The notes below the pieces were generated by a model. It was not told the origin of the DNA and did no database searches. It worked only from the letters and a program-made list of their open reading frames with translations. Shown piece by piece: positions 13,271 to 25,689 of a stretch of DNA of 64,000 nt (within the stretch, counting starts at the first letter, position 1; each line of letters starts with the position of its first letter). The position numbers and the translations under genes are program-made. This stretch comes from Dicyema japonicum (taxonomy: Eukaryota; Animalia; Dicyemida): NCBI GenBank assembly GCA_011109175.1, contig RDEW01000046.1, positions 15,545-79,544 of the forward strand. Reading direction: 5' to 3'.

Positions 13271-13912
13271 CTTTGATCCAGTGATCCAGGAGGTAATAAT
13301 AATCTCCAACTAACAAGATTAGAGATTTTTAAATCAAATTAAAAAATCAAATAGTTTTTGGTAAATTGAGATGAAATTAAATATGTTACAAGCGTGATTA
13401 TTCACTAAGAAATTTGAAATTATGAACCCCAGTGACTTTAAAAAATGATTAATAGTATCTCTAATTTAAAATAAATTACTTAGATGAATGATCGTGGGAT
13501 GTCTTTCCATAGGTTAGTCCTTCCCTCTCAGGGAAGGCCAATGAATATTCTCTGAATTCAATTAAAAGATTTATTTTTTAATTAAACTATATAAGCTTCA
13601 ATGTTAATAGTAGTTTATCATCCTCTAAGTTCAGATATACCGGAAAGAAGTTAAGAGATCTGAGTTACATGAATCTCATGACTCCTCTAAAGAACTGCTG
13701 AAGTAAAAAGCAGAACGGAATCTTTCGACCAGATATATAGCGATGTAGGAATCAAACACACAGCTAATCTAGACTCGAGCGAAAACATTTGAAACCACCC
13801 AAATAGGTAAAGAATAATTAAATTAAAATTTATTCACAAATCAATTTATAATTATTTATTATTGAATAATCTTAAATAAAAAATTAAAAATGGACAAAAT
13901 AAATAAATAAAA

Positions 13913-14867
13913 ATGGATAATCCCGATGTTGTAATCTCATTAACTTCATCAATGGTAAGAGATCTAATGAGCCTAAACAGTGTTGGTTTCAATATTAGTT
14001 TTAGTTCTTTACGTCGTCCTCCCTATCCTCAATAATGAATCCTGACAACACTATCAACCCATCTGCATTGATAGCCAACGTAACTCTCATTTGTGGCTGG
14101 ATTGGGAGACAACGAAGCGACTCAAACAACATCAAAGAGTAATTTCATTACCTATTTTTCTCAGTTTGGTCCCTCGACTGGAGTCAGACCTTAAACATGC
14201 CAATTCCGTGATATATCGTCTGAAGGATGAGGGGGAAGCTTTGCGTAAGGAGCTGGTCTCTCACCAGACGAGCAGTAAGCTTCTGGAGGGGAAAGTGGGG
14301 GAATTAGAACGGAAACTGAGTAGTGAGCGCGATGAGGCACATCCTTAGATTATTATAGAGAGCGAAGATGGAGGGGATATTTTCCCAGTCGCTTTCTCTT
14401 CACAAACATGACTCCAGGAAGAAGGAGATCGAGATCAAGAATATGAAGGACCGAATGGACAAGATCATATCGAATAGGAACGGAATTACTTTCCCTTGTA
14501 TGGCTTCAAGGTTATCTTAGCTAAAAAGAGTAATCGGGGGATCGAACCTTCTAGGAAACAGTGGGGAAAGGTCAGGCCTATTTCTGAGGATGTCACGTGG
14601 TCGGGGGAGAATGAGAAGATTACCAAGATTTCATGGGGGTCTGTGAATGAGAGAATCAATCAGATACTTCATGAGAATGGGGAGTTGAGAAAACTTGTAG
14701 GGAGATGTGTGGATAGAATGGGGGTGAATTTGTCTCCCCAAATGCTAGAAATGCCTGTGTCTGTCATTGTATCTTCTCTGTGTGATGATAATGACCAGTC
14801 TTTCGTCAGTAATTTGGATTGCAGCACAGAATTCTTTTCTGCTTGTGATAATAGTGTTGATATATGA
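13913..14867 (+). CDS. SSX2IP: SSX2IP/ADIP/Msd1-like coiled-coil protein (afadin- and alpha-actinin-binding family)
   Basis: Introns 13982-14004, 14139-14164, 14337-14358 (GC-AG) and 14498-14520 give an open frame: RLESDLKH...RLKDEGEALRKE...SSERDERAKME...HKHDSRKKEIEIKNMKDRM...RKQW...QILHENGELRKLV...LSPQ, matching SSX2IP KLGSDMDH...KNEKDE...HDMKRKERE...LKERL...QILMENAELKKVL...LSPQ. Confidence 0.75.
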
Positions 14868-15204
14868 TCTTGATAATTTATATGTTCTTTTTTCGCCTTA
14901 ATTTATTCAACTTTTTATATCTGTGGTAAGTGAATTTATTCAGGAAATTACAAGTGAAAACAAGGACTACATAACTGTGATCCTGATGTCTCTGCAGAAC
15001 TCTCAATTTGCCTCTGTGCTCCTCAGTCGAGCCCACAAAAGTGTGTTATGTAGTTCTTGTTTTTTTGTGATAAGCGGATAACCGATGCTTTTTGATTTTG
15101 TGAGTACATACCTCACTGTGGAACCGGATTGTCTACAGAGACTCACACGTTACAAAAAAGGAGTTAAAAACATTCTCTGCCCCTCTCAACGATTACTGTT
15201 CTTC

Positions 15205-15290
15205 ATTTTAGATAAAGTGTGTATCCTGCCACACGTAGGTGCTGGAGATATCATTATGGCTCTCACGAAATTGCTAATATTATTTTTTTT
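15205..15290 (+). mobile_element. SINE 3'-tail fragment
   Basis: ataaagtgtgtatcctgcc...attatggctctcacgaaa matches the SINE tail at 53690-53745. Confidence 0.65.
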
Positions 15291-15439
15291 ATTTTCCTAG
15301 TATTAAAAAACATAAAACTTGTGTTCGATTTTCCGCAAAATGCATCGCCCGGGGACGAGAATGTCCCCAGGAGGATAAAGTCTATCGGTCCTTTTTCGGT
15401 TGGCATTAGGTGCCTCCTGGGCGTTTCCAATTCCTTTTG

Positions 15440-15980
15440 AATTGGTAGACCACATATGCCGATGACATAATTGTCGCATCTAGGGACGTAAATGTCATAC
15501 TAAAGAAAGACTATAAGGAATACTAAATAACAAATATGGATGGTTGTGCGAAAATCGATTAAATGCATGTTCCGGAAAGTAAGCTGTCACTCAATTCACT
15601 AAGAATAGAAAGATGGGAACGCAAACAATTGATGTCACGTTAATGAAGTACCTACACCACAAAAGAAATCGCAGAAGATACTAGAAGTAACTTTTGATAC
15701 TCTCCTTTCTTCTCAGTCCGTGGAATCTATCATATCAACCTGTGCAAAGAAGATCAATTTTGTAAAAGCCTTCCTTTGGAACTGTTGAGGAATTTATCCG
15801 CCAGGTGTCTGGACCCTCTACAAGGAGTATATCGAGCCAACAATAGGCTATGCATGTGCTGCGTGGGGATCTAACCTGGCGGCAACTAACCTAATAAAAA
15901 TTCAAGAGGTCAAAAGCAATCAATTTACTGGAAAAATATACGGATAGAAAAATTGTCCCCAGAACATTTGAATCTATCGT
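15440..15980 (+). mobile_element. Degenerate I/Jockey-like RT 3' fragment
   Basis: YADDIIVAS-like and KILEVTFD-like remnants with many stops; DNA resembles 4854-5540. Confidence 0.55.
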
Positions 15981-16009
15981 AGATTCAACTGAAGGCGATT
16001 TCAGAGAAG

Positions 16010-17700
16010 GAAGAATAAAATACCCCCCGTCATAGAAAATGTATGGAGCCACGGTCGGAACATCGAGCAAGTATGTAGCGAGTTAGTAAGAGTCCTAGAG
16101 GAACACAAAGGATATAAGTATCTGGATGTTACCGAAACTCCAAAGTCCCTTATAATGCCTGAGACAAAGCGACAAATTACTGAAGGCATTCGTAGAAGAG
16201 CAGCGTTGTTATGTAAGACGTCTCTAAATGCAAGGAATTTGTCCCTATCATTAAATGAGTATGCTGTTTCGCTGCTAAACTACTACATAGGTGTTGTGGA
16301 GTTTGAGCCCAAAGAGTATGATGAGATGGATGTTATGATCCATGAAGTACTCAGAGAAAACCATATCCTTGTGCTGACTATATTTCCACCATGATGAATA
16401 CATCCGTGGACTGTGTGGAATAGTCCAACTAAGTGAGCGTATCCTAATGCGAATGCACGACACCCTGATAACTGGGTTAGTCTGTCTAGTATGAAACACG
16501 CCATAATAACGACCAGAAATCACGAGCAATTCACCTAGGCACTATCAGACCTTTTTTGTCTGCTAAAGATTGTGTTGATGATGGTGGGCTTGTAAATGTG
16601 AAGGCGTTGATCGAATTACAATATAATAATTTGATGGAAAAGATCAACTTAAAAAGCATTCATAAGGTCCTCTTCAGATATTTTAATAAGCCGCGTGGCG
16701 CCATGTGGTGCTGCGTGGTTAATTTGTTGAAGTTTTGTGTTTGCTTGTCTATTCCTCCTCTCTCTTCCTATTAGAGTGGCGCCCAGTGCCAGGCCGGCAC
16801 AAAAAAGGATCATTTGCTCTCCCCCACTCCACTGGAGGGGTTTCCACAAATGCATGTAATGGACGTCCTACCTTTTATGCTGATTCCCGATGGACTCTGT
16901 TTCTGTAGAAGTGGAAACTGGATACATTTAATTAGTTGTTTACTTTAACTTCTTTCTCGGTGTATTCGGGGTTAATAAATTAAATAAATTAATGGACAAC
17001 CCACATTTCGACCTTAAGTCGTCGACAATATGGCTAAAATACGGTGACAACTCACCTAGATCGGAGGCGCTGTACACGTATATGGAAGACCGCAATATTT
17101 TTTGGGGTCGATTAACAAATACATGTCCCCACTGTAAGTCAAGGAGCATGTCGGTTGATCATTTAGCCACTCGGTGCGGATCTATGATCTGCCACGACTA
17201 TGTGTGAAAGCATAACGAGGTAGTAAGGAGTCTTCATCTTTTACTATGCAATAAGTATGGTATTCTCCACATCAGAAAGTTGCGGACTCAGAAGGTGCAA
17301 TCTGTAGTAGAGAACACCAGGGTCCAATTTAAGGTAGACAGTGTTATCCGCATTTCGGTGCTAATCAAGCACAATAAATCGGACATTGTCGTACACGATA
17401 AGGAGTCTGGCCAAATCCTTATCATAGAAGTTGGTATTACGTCTCTAGACCGTTGCAGACTGTGGAGGTGAAGAAAAAAGGAAGTATGACTTGCTTGCAA
17501 GCGAAATGAGGAAATGTTTGGTTGCAAGGTCCTCGTTATTCCAATAGTAATGACGTGGTAAGGAATTGCAACAAAGTACCACAAGGGTTATCTGAAGCAG
17601 TTAAGGGTAGATAGAAAGCTTCAGTTTTATCTACAGTCAACTGTATTAAAGCGGACCCTAGAGAGCCTGACACTGGAGTATAGGAGGCAGAGCCGGCGAT
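16010..17700 (+). mobile_element. R4/Dong-like non-LTR retrotransposon 3' half (RT end, CCHC knuckle, REL endonuclease), degenerate
   Basis: YKYLDVTE, LNEYAVSLLNYYIG, DGGLVN, CPHC..SVDHLATRC, HNEVVRSLH, NKSDIVVHDK...IIEVGIT, IPIVMTW. Confidence 0.8.
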
Positions 17701-19539
17701 GCTATATGGGCAGAGGGTTCAATTGGACAAGGCGCTCTCGGAGTTGTTTCAACAACCACAATTGAACCTGCCTGAGGAGGTTGTGAACAGGCAGGCGAGG
17801 AAGGTTCTGATTATTAAATATTAACTTTTTATTGTTGGTTAAATAAAGTGGATTAATTGTATTTCTAGTATTTATTAGGTCGTGAGTTAAACAATAAATA
17901 AACTTATCTTTCTTGTCGAATTCTCACCATTTTCCGTTTATCTTAAAAATTTATAGTTTTCTAGTGTTTTTGACAGTCAACTCCTCATAGTTATCACGAC
18001 AATTTGATTCTTACTATTAATTTGTTTATCGGTTTTTTGACTATTTCTTATCTCGCAGCACAGATAAGCTGGAATTAAGCTGAAGAAACAGGGTATGGAC
18101 AGATTATTGACGATATGGTAAAAATACTTGTACACATTGACATGTTCGATTTAAGGGGTGTCCAAACGAAGAATAGACTTAAGATCCTTTAAATTTAATT
18201 ATTTATTTTTAGGCTTATTTTTTACATTACCTGAGTTCGATGGCGAGTAAAAAATCAAACTTCCTATTTTGTTCCCCAAGAATATTCATTTGATTCGTTG
18301 CTTAACTTCAGGGACAATAAATAAGAAGAACCTTTAATCAAGTTCATCGAACCTTCTGGTGAAAAAGCCACCTGATTAATTCAGACGAGATTTGGAATTA
18401 TCACAAATCTAAAAAACTAAGCAAGAAGGAACCGTTTATTGACAACAGACAGTATAGCAAAAAATATACATCTGCTAATTCTAAAAAATTAGAGAAAATC
18501 TAAAAACAAAAAAACAGCTGAATATTACTTCAGTGTTTAGATATTCTTTGATATAAAAGCTTATTGTCAAGATTGTCAACTCAGGAAAGTAAAATTAATA
18601 AAACGTCAATTTTTTAGAAGAGTGGAGGATTAGATAAGTTTATTAAAGTTAATATTTGATGGCGGATTCTAGATGTTTTCCTGTATTTGATGTTTTCTCC
18701 CATCACAGTCATTGAATTTGGTTAGTCATCAAACAGGAAATCAAAAAAGGAATCAGTGATCAACTTATTAACTACCGAAAACACAAAAAATAAGAGTTAT
18801 AGTATAAGTGATCCCTCTGACACGTACACTTCTTCTTACGGCTTGTTTTAGAATCCTTGATTGCATAAAGGAGAATCTATGACCCCAAGTATGATCTTCC
18901 ATTTCGAGAAGATACTCTGGAGATTTTACAATTTTAAGTAAATCTTGCTGTCATTCTCTCAGTTGATCCATGACAGGAAGAACATTTAACGTTTTCTATA
19001 ACTGCGTAGCAAGTGTCAGTAATAGGATTCTGATGAAGTTCTCAATCCCACGGGTTTGTAATGAACTGATATAAAGAGTAATCAATCTATGCTTATGATC
19101 AGTAAGACTTCTTTTTAGAGAAGCTTGAAGGGAGAGAAGCTAGCGAAGAATGCGAAGGAAATCTTGAAGCTGTCTCTAGTTGAGACAGTATAGCACAGAT
19201 GCTAGCGACTGGTCGACAGAAGAAGGAGTTGGCGGGAGATTTGCTTCGCTTCAAAATGTGGTTGATGAGGTATATTTTCTGCAGTAAATCTTGTTTTGAC
19301 AATTTGAGTTAGTGTTTATGTAATAAGAGGTCCCATGTGTTTTAATTCGTGAATAAATATATTATTCTTCCTCGGGAGTTTTTCATATTTCTGGGTCTAG
19401 AGAAAACATCTTTAGCCTCTTTATATACTTCCATTATGTTGTGGAAGGCGTTTTCTCTGGAGTTTCATCAGATATGTTAAGTAAAATTCCTTTAGGTTTA
19501 TAAACCTTCCCATTCACATCAGAGGACTATTGTCAAGTC

Positions 19540-19875
19540 ATATGTGGCTCAGTGTAACGGTTGACGGGCAAGAGGCCTTAAGGTCGCTAGTTCGAATCCC
19601 GATACTGTAGATTCGGTTGAAGGTTCCACGCATCAATATGTTTTGGCTTGACGAGTGACGCCGTCATCAGTAAACATTTCACTGCGGAACCGGATCGTCT
19701 ATATAGGACATACACCCAAGAAAAAGAAAACAAGAAAGTGAAGAGCTTTCCTTGATTCTCCTTCATCAATTGGCTATGATAACTGATAACTGTTCTTTGC
19801 TTAAAATAAAGTGTGTGTTCTGCCTGAGGGGAGCGATAACTGATATGGCTCCACGGAAAGTGCATTGTTTTTTGT
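19540..19875 (+). mobile_element. tRNA-derived SINE, subfamily 2 (different head, shared core and tail)
   Basis: A box TGGCTCAGTG, B box GTTCGAATCC, then gaaggttccacgcatc...gacgagtgacgccgtcatca...cactgcggaac core and taaagtgtgtg...atggctccacggaaag tail. Confidence 0.8.
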
Positions 19876-20929
19876 ATGTGGGACCTGGTTTCTAATTTAA
19901 ACAGATGAGAAAGATATTGGAGTAACGCACTTGAATTGTGAGAATTATTTTGCTAAGATATCTGTCAGTCGGACCGATTGAAAGGAAATTATCTAACTAT
20001 TTCCAGCATAGGCAATACGCCGATGATCTTCCGGCATCATGTAAATAGGATGGGAAAAACTCCAATTTTTTTTTAAAATAAATAATTAAAATTCACTCTG
20101 AATATGTCTCTTAGTAAAAAAATTGAACCTATTGTCGGATAATCCGATTGAGACGTGATTGGACACCGTGACAGCCACTGAGGTTCAAAAAACGGCAATA
20201 ATGAGATCGTCTGCATAAGATAGAAGTATTGTGATTTTTGATTGTATCATGCACAAACAAATTATATAGAACAGGAGACAGGGGAATTCTTCTGGGACCT
20301 ATTAGAAAATAAACGTGATCTTGAATATAAAGAGCTCTTATGCGTCGTCCCAAAGAATTTTAATAGCCATAAATTGGTTAACTATCGAGTCTTAGTAGAT
20401 CGACCTGCTCTAACAGTAGAACAAGACTCTCCAGCACTTTAAGGCGGTAGAAAATTTTCTAGTCTTCAAAATTGGGCAATCAGTTAGTACCTCCAGATTT
20501 TCGAAAGTGCATATGTGAATTGGTATAAAAATTATATAAAATGTGGTTAGCCTTTTATGATGGCCCCAACTGCGTGATCGAAAAAAGAACTCGTTACCTT
20601 TACTAATCGATACAATTCTCCTCCTCCTTTTATCTTGACTTGGCGAAATGTTTCTTGATCCTTACTGGGGATGTAATGACGAAATTTTGGTATCAATAAA
20701 GTATTAAACCTCACAAAATTGAACATCAACAGTGTAAAAGAAAAGTTAATTGAAAATTAATTCATTTTTTAATTCTAAACATAAAAACTGACTTTTGCCT
20801 TCTATAAGAAACAAAATTTACGCACTCTCCTCATCCCCCAACTAATCTGGTTATGACGTCATTCACCCGTCCGGTACCGGAGGAGGACTCATCACCCTTG
20901 ATGAGGTGTCAAGAAGGTAATCTCCTACA

Positions 20930-21790
20930 ATTAGTCAACACATTAGCCGACATACTACCCAAAATTGAATGCTTTGGAGTAATCGATTGTAACCGTTTGC
21001 AATGCCGGATGGACTTTACTCTATCCTGACAGAACTCTGAAAATCCAAAAACGTATTAATAGGTGGTGACTCTAACGCTAAGCAACAAACCTGATTCAAG
21101 AAACAATTGGCAGATAAGAGAGGTAAACTTTTAATATCAAGTCTGGAGACCCATTAATCTTAAACAATCAAGTAATGAAGATGAAACCAGAGTAGAGAAA
21201 AGGACAGTATTTCTTTTCCCGATTTTATGCTTGCTTCAAGTAGTATCGCTCTTCTCGTGAAATGGTCTGTGCTTTAAGACTTGAGGAGTGACCACAACCC
21301 AATACTTATTTCAGTAAAAGTATCGACTAGAGGAAATTCGTTTCTTTCATCGACAATAAAATGGTATTATAAAACGTGGAATCCTTTCAATCCATCAATA
21401 ATACAATCTCCCATTTGACCGGATAATTCAAGTCAAAATGAAAACGTCTATAAGAAAGTCTCCTACGAAGTTGATTGATCCAAAACTGCTAAATTAAAGA
21501 GAATAACAGTCTAAGAGTCTCCGAACCCGAGCTCTAAAAATAATATAGCTAAGGAAATTTTCCACGTAAAAGGCGGAAAAACGCTTGGCAAAGACTCAAG
21601 ATAATCGTGAGTAAACATGGCACTCTCTCATTGATGTGGGAAAACCTTAAAGAGTATACCAAAAAATGAAATAGCTAAGGAAATTTTCCACGTAAAAGGC
21701 GGAAAAACGCTTGGCAAAGACTCAAGATAATCGTGAGTAAACATGGCACTCTCTCATTGGTGTGGGAAAACCTTAAAGAGTATATCAACT
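20930..21790 (+). mobile_element. Degenerate LINE APE endonuclease relic ending in a 126-bp tandem duplication (21545 and 21671)
   Basis: IGGDSNAK and SDHNPIL remnants; exact repeat atagctaaggaaattttccacg... Confidence 0.5.
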
Positions 21791-22354
21791 AAAATAAACA
21801 AGTAGCAATGTCATGGTCCAGATGAGCAAAAAAACTCGACATGATTATGAAATTATAAACCAGCAATAGTTTCATTCAGCACAGGAAACTTGTGGGTTCC
21901 CCGTTCTCTTCTCACAAACGTAACGTTTTTTTACAAATGAAAAGATAGTCTGGGTTTCTTTACTACGCCCACCTAACATTAGTTCTGTTCATAATCATGT
22001 CGAGTTCTTTTTGTCCTTTGTGAGGGTTTGCTTGTCATGGTTAGAATGTCGAAACCCACTTATCCTCAGGTCTAGGCAAAACTCCCAACATAGTTCTGGG
22101 TTTCTTTACTACGCCCACCTAACATTTAGTTCTGTAAGTCCTTTGTGAGGGTTTGCTTTTCATAGTTTGTAAGCGTTGTCAGTCTGTCGAATGTTACCAG
22201 AAAATTGTGGGTACTCACACAGGGCCAACAAAGATTCTGGTAAATTTGAACAAGAAATTCCGCCCAAAATTTAAAATAAAAAACAGTTAATTTAAATAAT
22301 CTAATTAAATAAATTAAAAATAAAATTATAAAAAAAATTTAAAGTGCGGGTTAT

Positions 22355-24272
22355 ATGTTCCCTTCAGGACTCAATGATGAACAGAAACAAAGAAGTGAGT
22401 CGAACAGACTCAAAGCATTGGAGAGGTTACATGCCAAACGTCAACACCTGAATATCACAAAGACTACCACTTTTAGTATGAGCACACCAGACAAATATCC
22501 TCAGAACCATATCATTGTTAAATGTGATCTTTCAAAAACTCATATATTGCTGTCTCTATGGTCCGAGGACTCATTCAAGGCTGATTTCGAGTATAATCCT
22601 CACGTAATAGAGCTACTCAAGTCTCAGCCGCATAAGAGATACAGTTTTCTTACACTATTACTATAGATGCTTTTACAAAATGCTGGACATTCTCGATTCA
22701 GCACTACAAGACGATATGTTGCCCAAATTTGTGACAAATAGACAGCAATTTGAAATCTGAGTGTCTTGTGGAGGGAATTCCTATCAAAATAGTCGAAGAG
22801 TTGATCAACAAGTCCGGGACTTCTTTTCCTTGCACTCCTGAATGTCCCCTTTACTCACAACTGATGCCTTTTCAGAGAGAGTCTGTGAAGTTGTTTTTGT
22901 TTTACTTTTTGCCAGGGAATTTGGTAACAGGGGTGGAAGACTGCTTATTTCTGATGAAATGGGACTCGGCAAGACTTTCCAGACAGTCGACATCCTACTC
23001 CACTACAAAGCACACTGGCCTTCTCTTGTTGTGTGCCCTGCCTCTATGAAACACGTATGGCTTGAGGTTGGAGACTATTTTCAGTGGTAGCTTGTGAGGA
23101 AACTCCTTCCTTCAGCCTCTTGCAAACTCGGGACCGAAAAGAACGCCTCTTCGGCAGATATAATCATAATAAATTACGAAATATTGGGGAGAAAAACTGA
23201 GGTCACTAATTTTGGGATTCTTGTGGTCGACGAGTCTCACAATATAAAGAACACGTCGAGTATTCGATCAAAATGTGTCCAGAAAGCGTCCCGACAGGCA
23301 AAATACATCGTCCTTCTCAGCGGTACCCCGGCCCTCTCCAAGCCGAGCGAACTGTACGCCCAACTGAACGTCTTGAGACCAGATTTGTTTAGTAACTTTT
23401 ATGAGTTTGGCATGCGGTACTGCAATGGGAAGAAGGTTTGAAGTTATTATTACTTTTGACTACATGGGGACATGACTTTGGTGGATTATCTAACGAGACT
23501 GAACTCAGGGTCATCCTCAACAGCATCTTCATGATTAGGTGGTCCATAAATTCTAATTTAGACGCCTTAAGGCTGAGATTATCGACCAGCTCCCCATGAA
23601 GGAGCGCTTAAGAGTGGACTTAGACGTTGGAATATCTCAGAAGGAGTTTAAAGTTAAACATAAAATGACTCCCAGAAAAATTACTCAAAGCATCAAGATA
23701 AGGGATCTCTGTTAGAGTTTTTCAGTGAGATGACGATATTGAAGATATTCCATGTTTGGTAGATCAGTTGTATATAAAATAGTGAATATATTATCAAAAA
23801 ATTAAAGATTGTGCACAAACTGGTAATATTTGCCCACCACAAGGTCATGATTGAGTCACTCAGACGTTCACTCACGTGTGTTTGGAGTATTCTTAGTTTT
23901 AGTATTCGATCGTTGTCATTGATGGGTCCACCAGTTCGTTGAGTCGCTATAATTGTATTGATCAGTTCCAAAATGATGAAAACTGTCGAGTTGCTGTGCT
24001 TTCTCTCACGGCTGCCTGTACAGGAATTACATTGACACGTGCGAATAATTTGATTTTTGCTGAGTTGTCCTGGACTCCTGGGATGTTGGTGCAGGCTGAG
24101 GACCGTGTTCACCGAATAGGACAGATCAAACCTGTATTTGTCGAATATTTGGTTGGATTGGGGACTGCAGACGAGATTATCTGGTTTGGGTTTAGGTTAT
24201 TTTAGGCCGATAATCAACAAAAAGCTCGGAATCCTTAACAAAGTTGGCTTCACTGACCTCTCAAAATTATAA
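22355..24272 (+). CDS. SMARCAL1: SMARCAL1 (HARP) annealing helicase, SNF2 family, 11 exons
   Basis: RPA-binding motif LNDEQKQRSESNRLKALER; one HARP domain (FKADFEYN..VIELLK...TKCWTF); SDEMGLGKT, VVDESH, LLSGTPALSKP, IFAHHKVM, IDGST, AELSWTPG..VQAEDRVHRIGQ. Introns 22644-666, 22718-741, 22890-915, 23067-090, 23436-458, 23539-561, 23653-675, 23759-782, 23880-902, 24184-205. Confidence 0.95.
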
Positions 24273-24770
24273 TTTAAAAATTATTTTTCTGTGTGAAGAT
24301 CTCTAATGTGTTGGCTTTCTTAAATCTATAGTCTAGGATGATGTACGTGGTGCTAAGATGAGATAAATTTGAATCTTTGATATCAAGGACCGCGGGATTA
24401 GTTCCCAATTGAATAAAAAGTTAAAATTATTTTTACGAGATGCGTTCAACTTTTTTCACTTCTGCTGCAACGTGTCGGGGTCACGTGATTAGTTATTTGG
24501 ATCCACCGTGATCTTTTGAGTCTTGAATTAAAATTATTTTTAAGACCAATGGTAACCAAACTAACTCCTTGGTCCTGACTCGTTTCAGTAAGGTGGATCC
24601 AATGACACCATCGAAGGGAAGGAAAACAACTAGCCACATAGCGCCACGCGGCCAACTTCATAGTAGAGACCACAGGGAGTCCATAATTACCAAATGTACA
24701 GAGATAATTATTTTCTTGTTTAATTTGAATAACGAATAATAGTTTGTTTCAGGGTGTTAATTGAAAAAAA

Positions 24771-25665
24771 TCATTTATTAAGTTCACCAGCACATTGTCC
24801 TTTATTAAACTCTATAAGCGCAACACCTGAGATGACAATGAGGAAGGAGAATCCTGATCCGACAATATCATGCAAATCCATCTGTTTATAATCTCCAAAA
24901 GAAATTGACGAGGCCGTTGTTACTGCTCAAGTAAACTCCACGTAGTATATGGAGGTTACCAATGAGGTTGGGAAGGAATCCAAAGCCTTGTTGAAAAAGT
25001 TGACTTGTAGGCACAGAGTAGGACCAATAGCAGCACAAATTGATCAAAACAAAGATCTTGACAGTGCATCCAATAAAAATGTAGAGCGAAACAGAAGACC
25101 GAATGATTTTGACAAAATGACAAGCAGAGATCCGAATAGTGAGCAAATTGTAATGTATATTATCGGCGTTTTGTGGCCAAATGAGGGACTGAGGAGATAA
25201 ACGACACCAGAAACAACAACAAATACTATGCAGTACCCAATAAACTGTTGACTCGTCAAAGCGATCTGTATGTTCTCCTCTGATAAAGTGAACGAGTCTT
25301 TGGGACCGAAATATATGATGTAAATGCATCCAGTTATGCAAAGTAGGACTCCAACCTTGGCTAGTTTTGACAATTGTTCACCGAATATGAAGGAGGCGAA
25401 TATAAGGCTTTAATTAAACAATTACAGGATAACCTAAAAAGAAGACTGGCAGAACCAAGGGATGCGACAATTGGGGCAGCTAATTGACTGAGATTAGGAA
25501 AGTTACCCATCTCACCAATCCCCACTAAAATGTCATAAAGGTAATACTAGAGCAAAGACCTGCCCACCAAAACGGAGATTTCAGATATTCGTGTCCTCCG
25601 TTTTCTACGTGTAAAAATAGATTAACTGGCTTTGTTGTTGGTAGAATTTTTTTAAGCACTCCCGG
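24771..25665 (-). pseudogene. NIPA-family Mg2+ transporter with two in-frame TGA codons and no clear 5' start (pseudogene or recoded gene)
   Basis: GGHEYLKSPFWWAGL, GIGEMGNF, PIIYITICSLFGSL, QVNFFNKALDSFPTSLVTSIYYVEFT; introns 25605-626, 25525-547, 25408-433; TGA at 25044-46 and 24927-29; terminal TGA 24771-73; a LINE 3' end lies immediately upstream near 25690. Confidence 0.8.
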
Positions 25666-25689
25666 GAAATCAAAAATTAATTAGATTAA

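Noticed and set aside
13490-13562. Possible C/D snoRNA with a ccttccct-ctc-agggaagg hairpin
   Set aside because: The C box has two mismatches and no rRNA guide could be identified; a single 8-bp hairpin is expected by chance.
14900-15180. Possible small minus-strand gene with 21- and 24-nt GT-AG introns
   Set aside because: The spliced product is only about 43 aa with no convincing homology.
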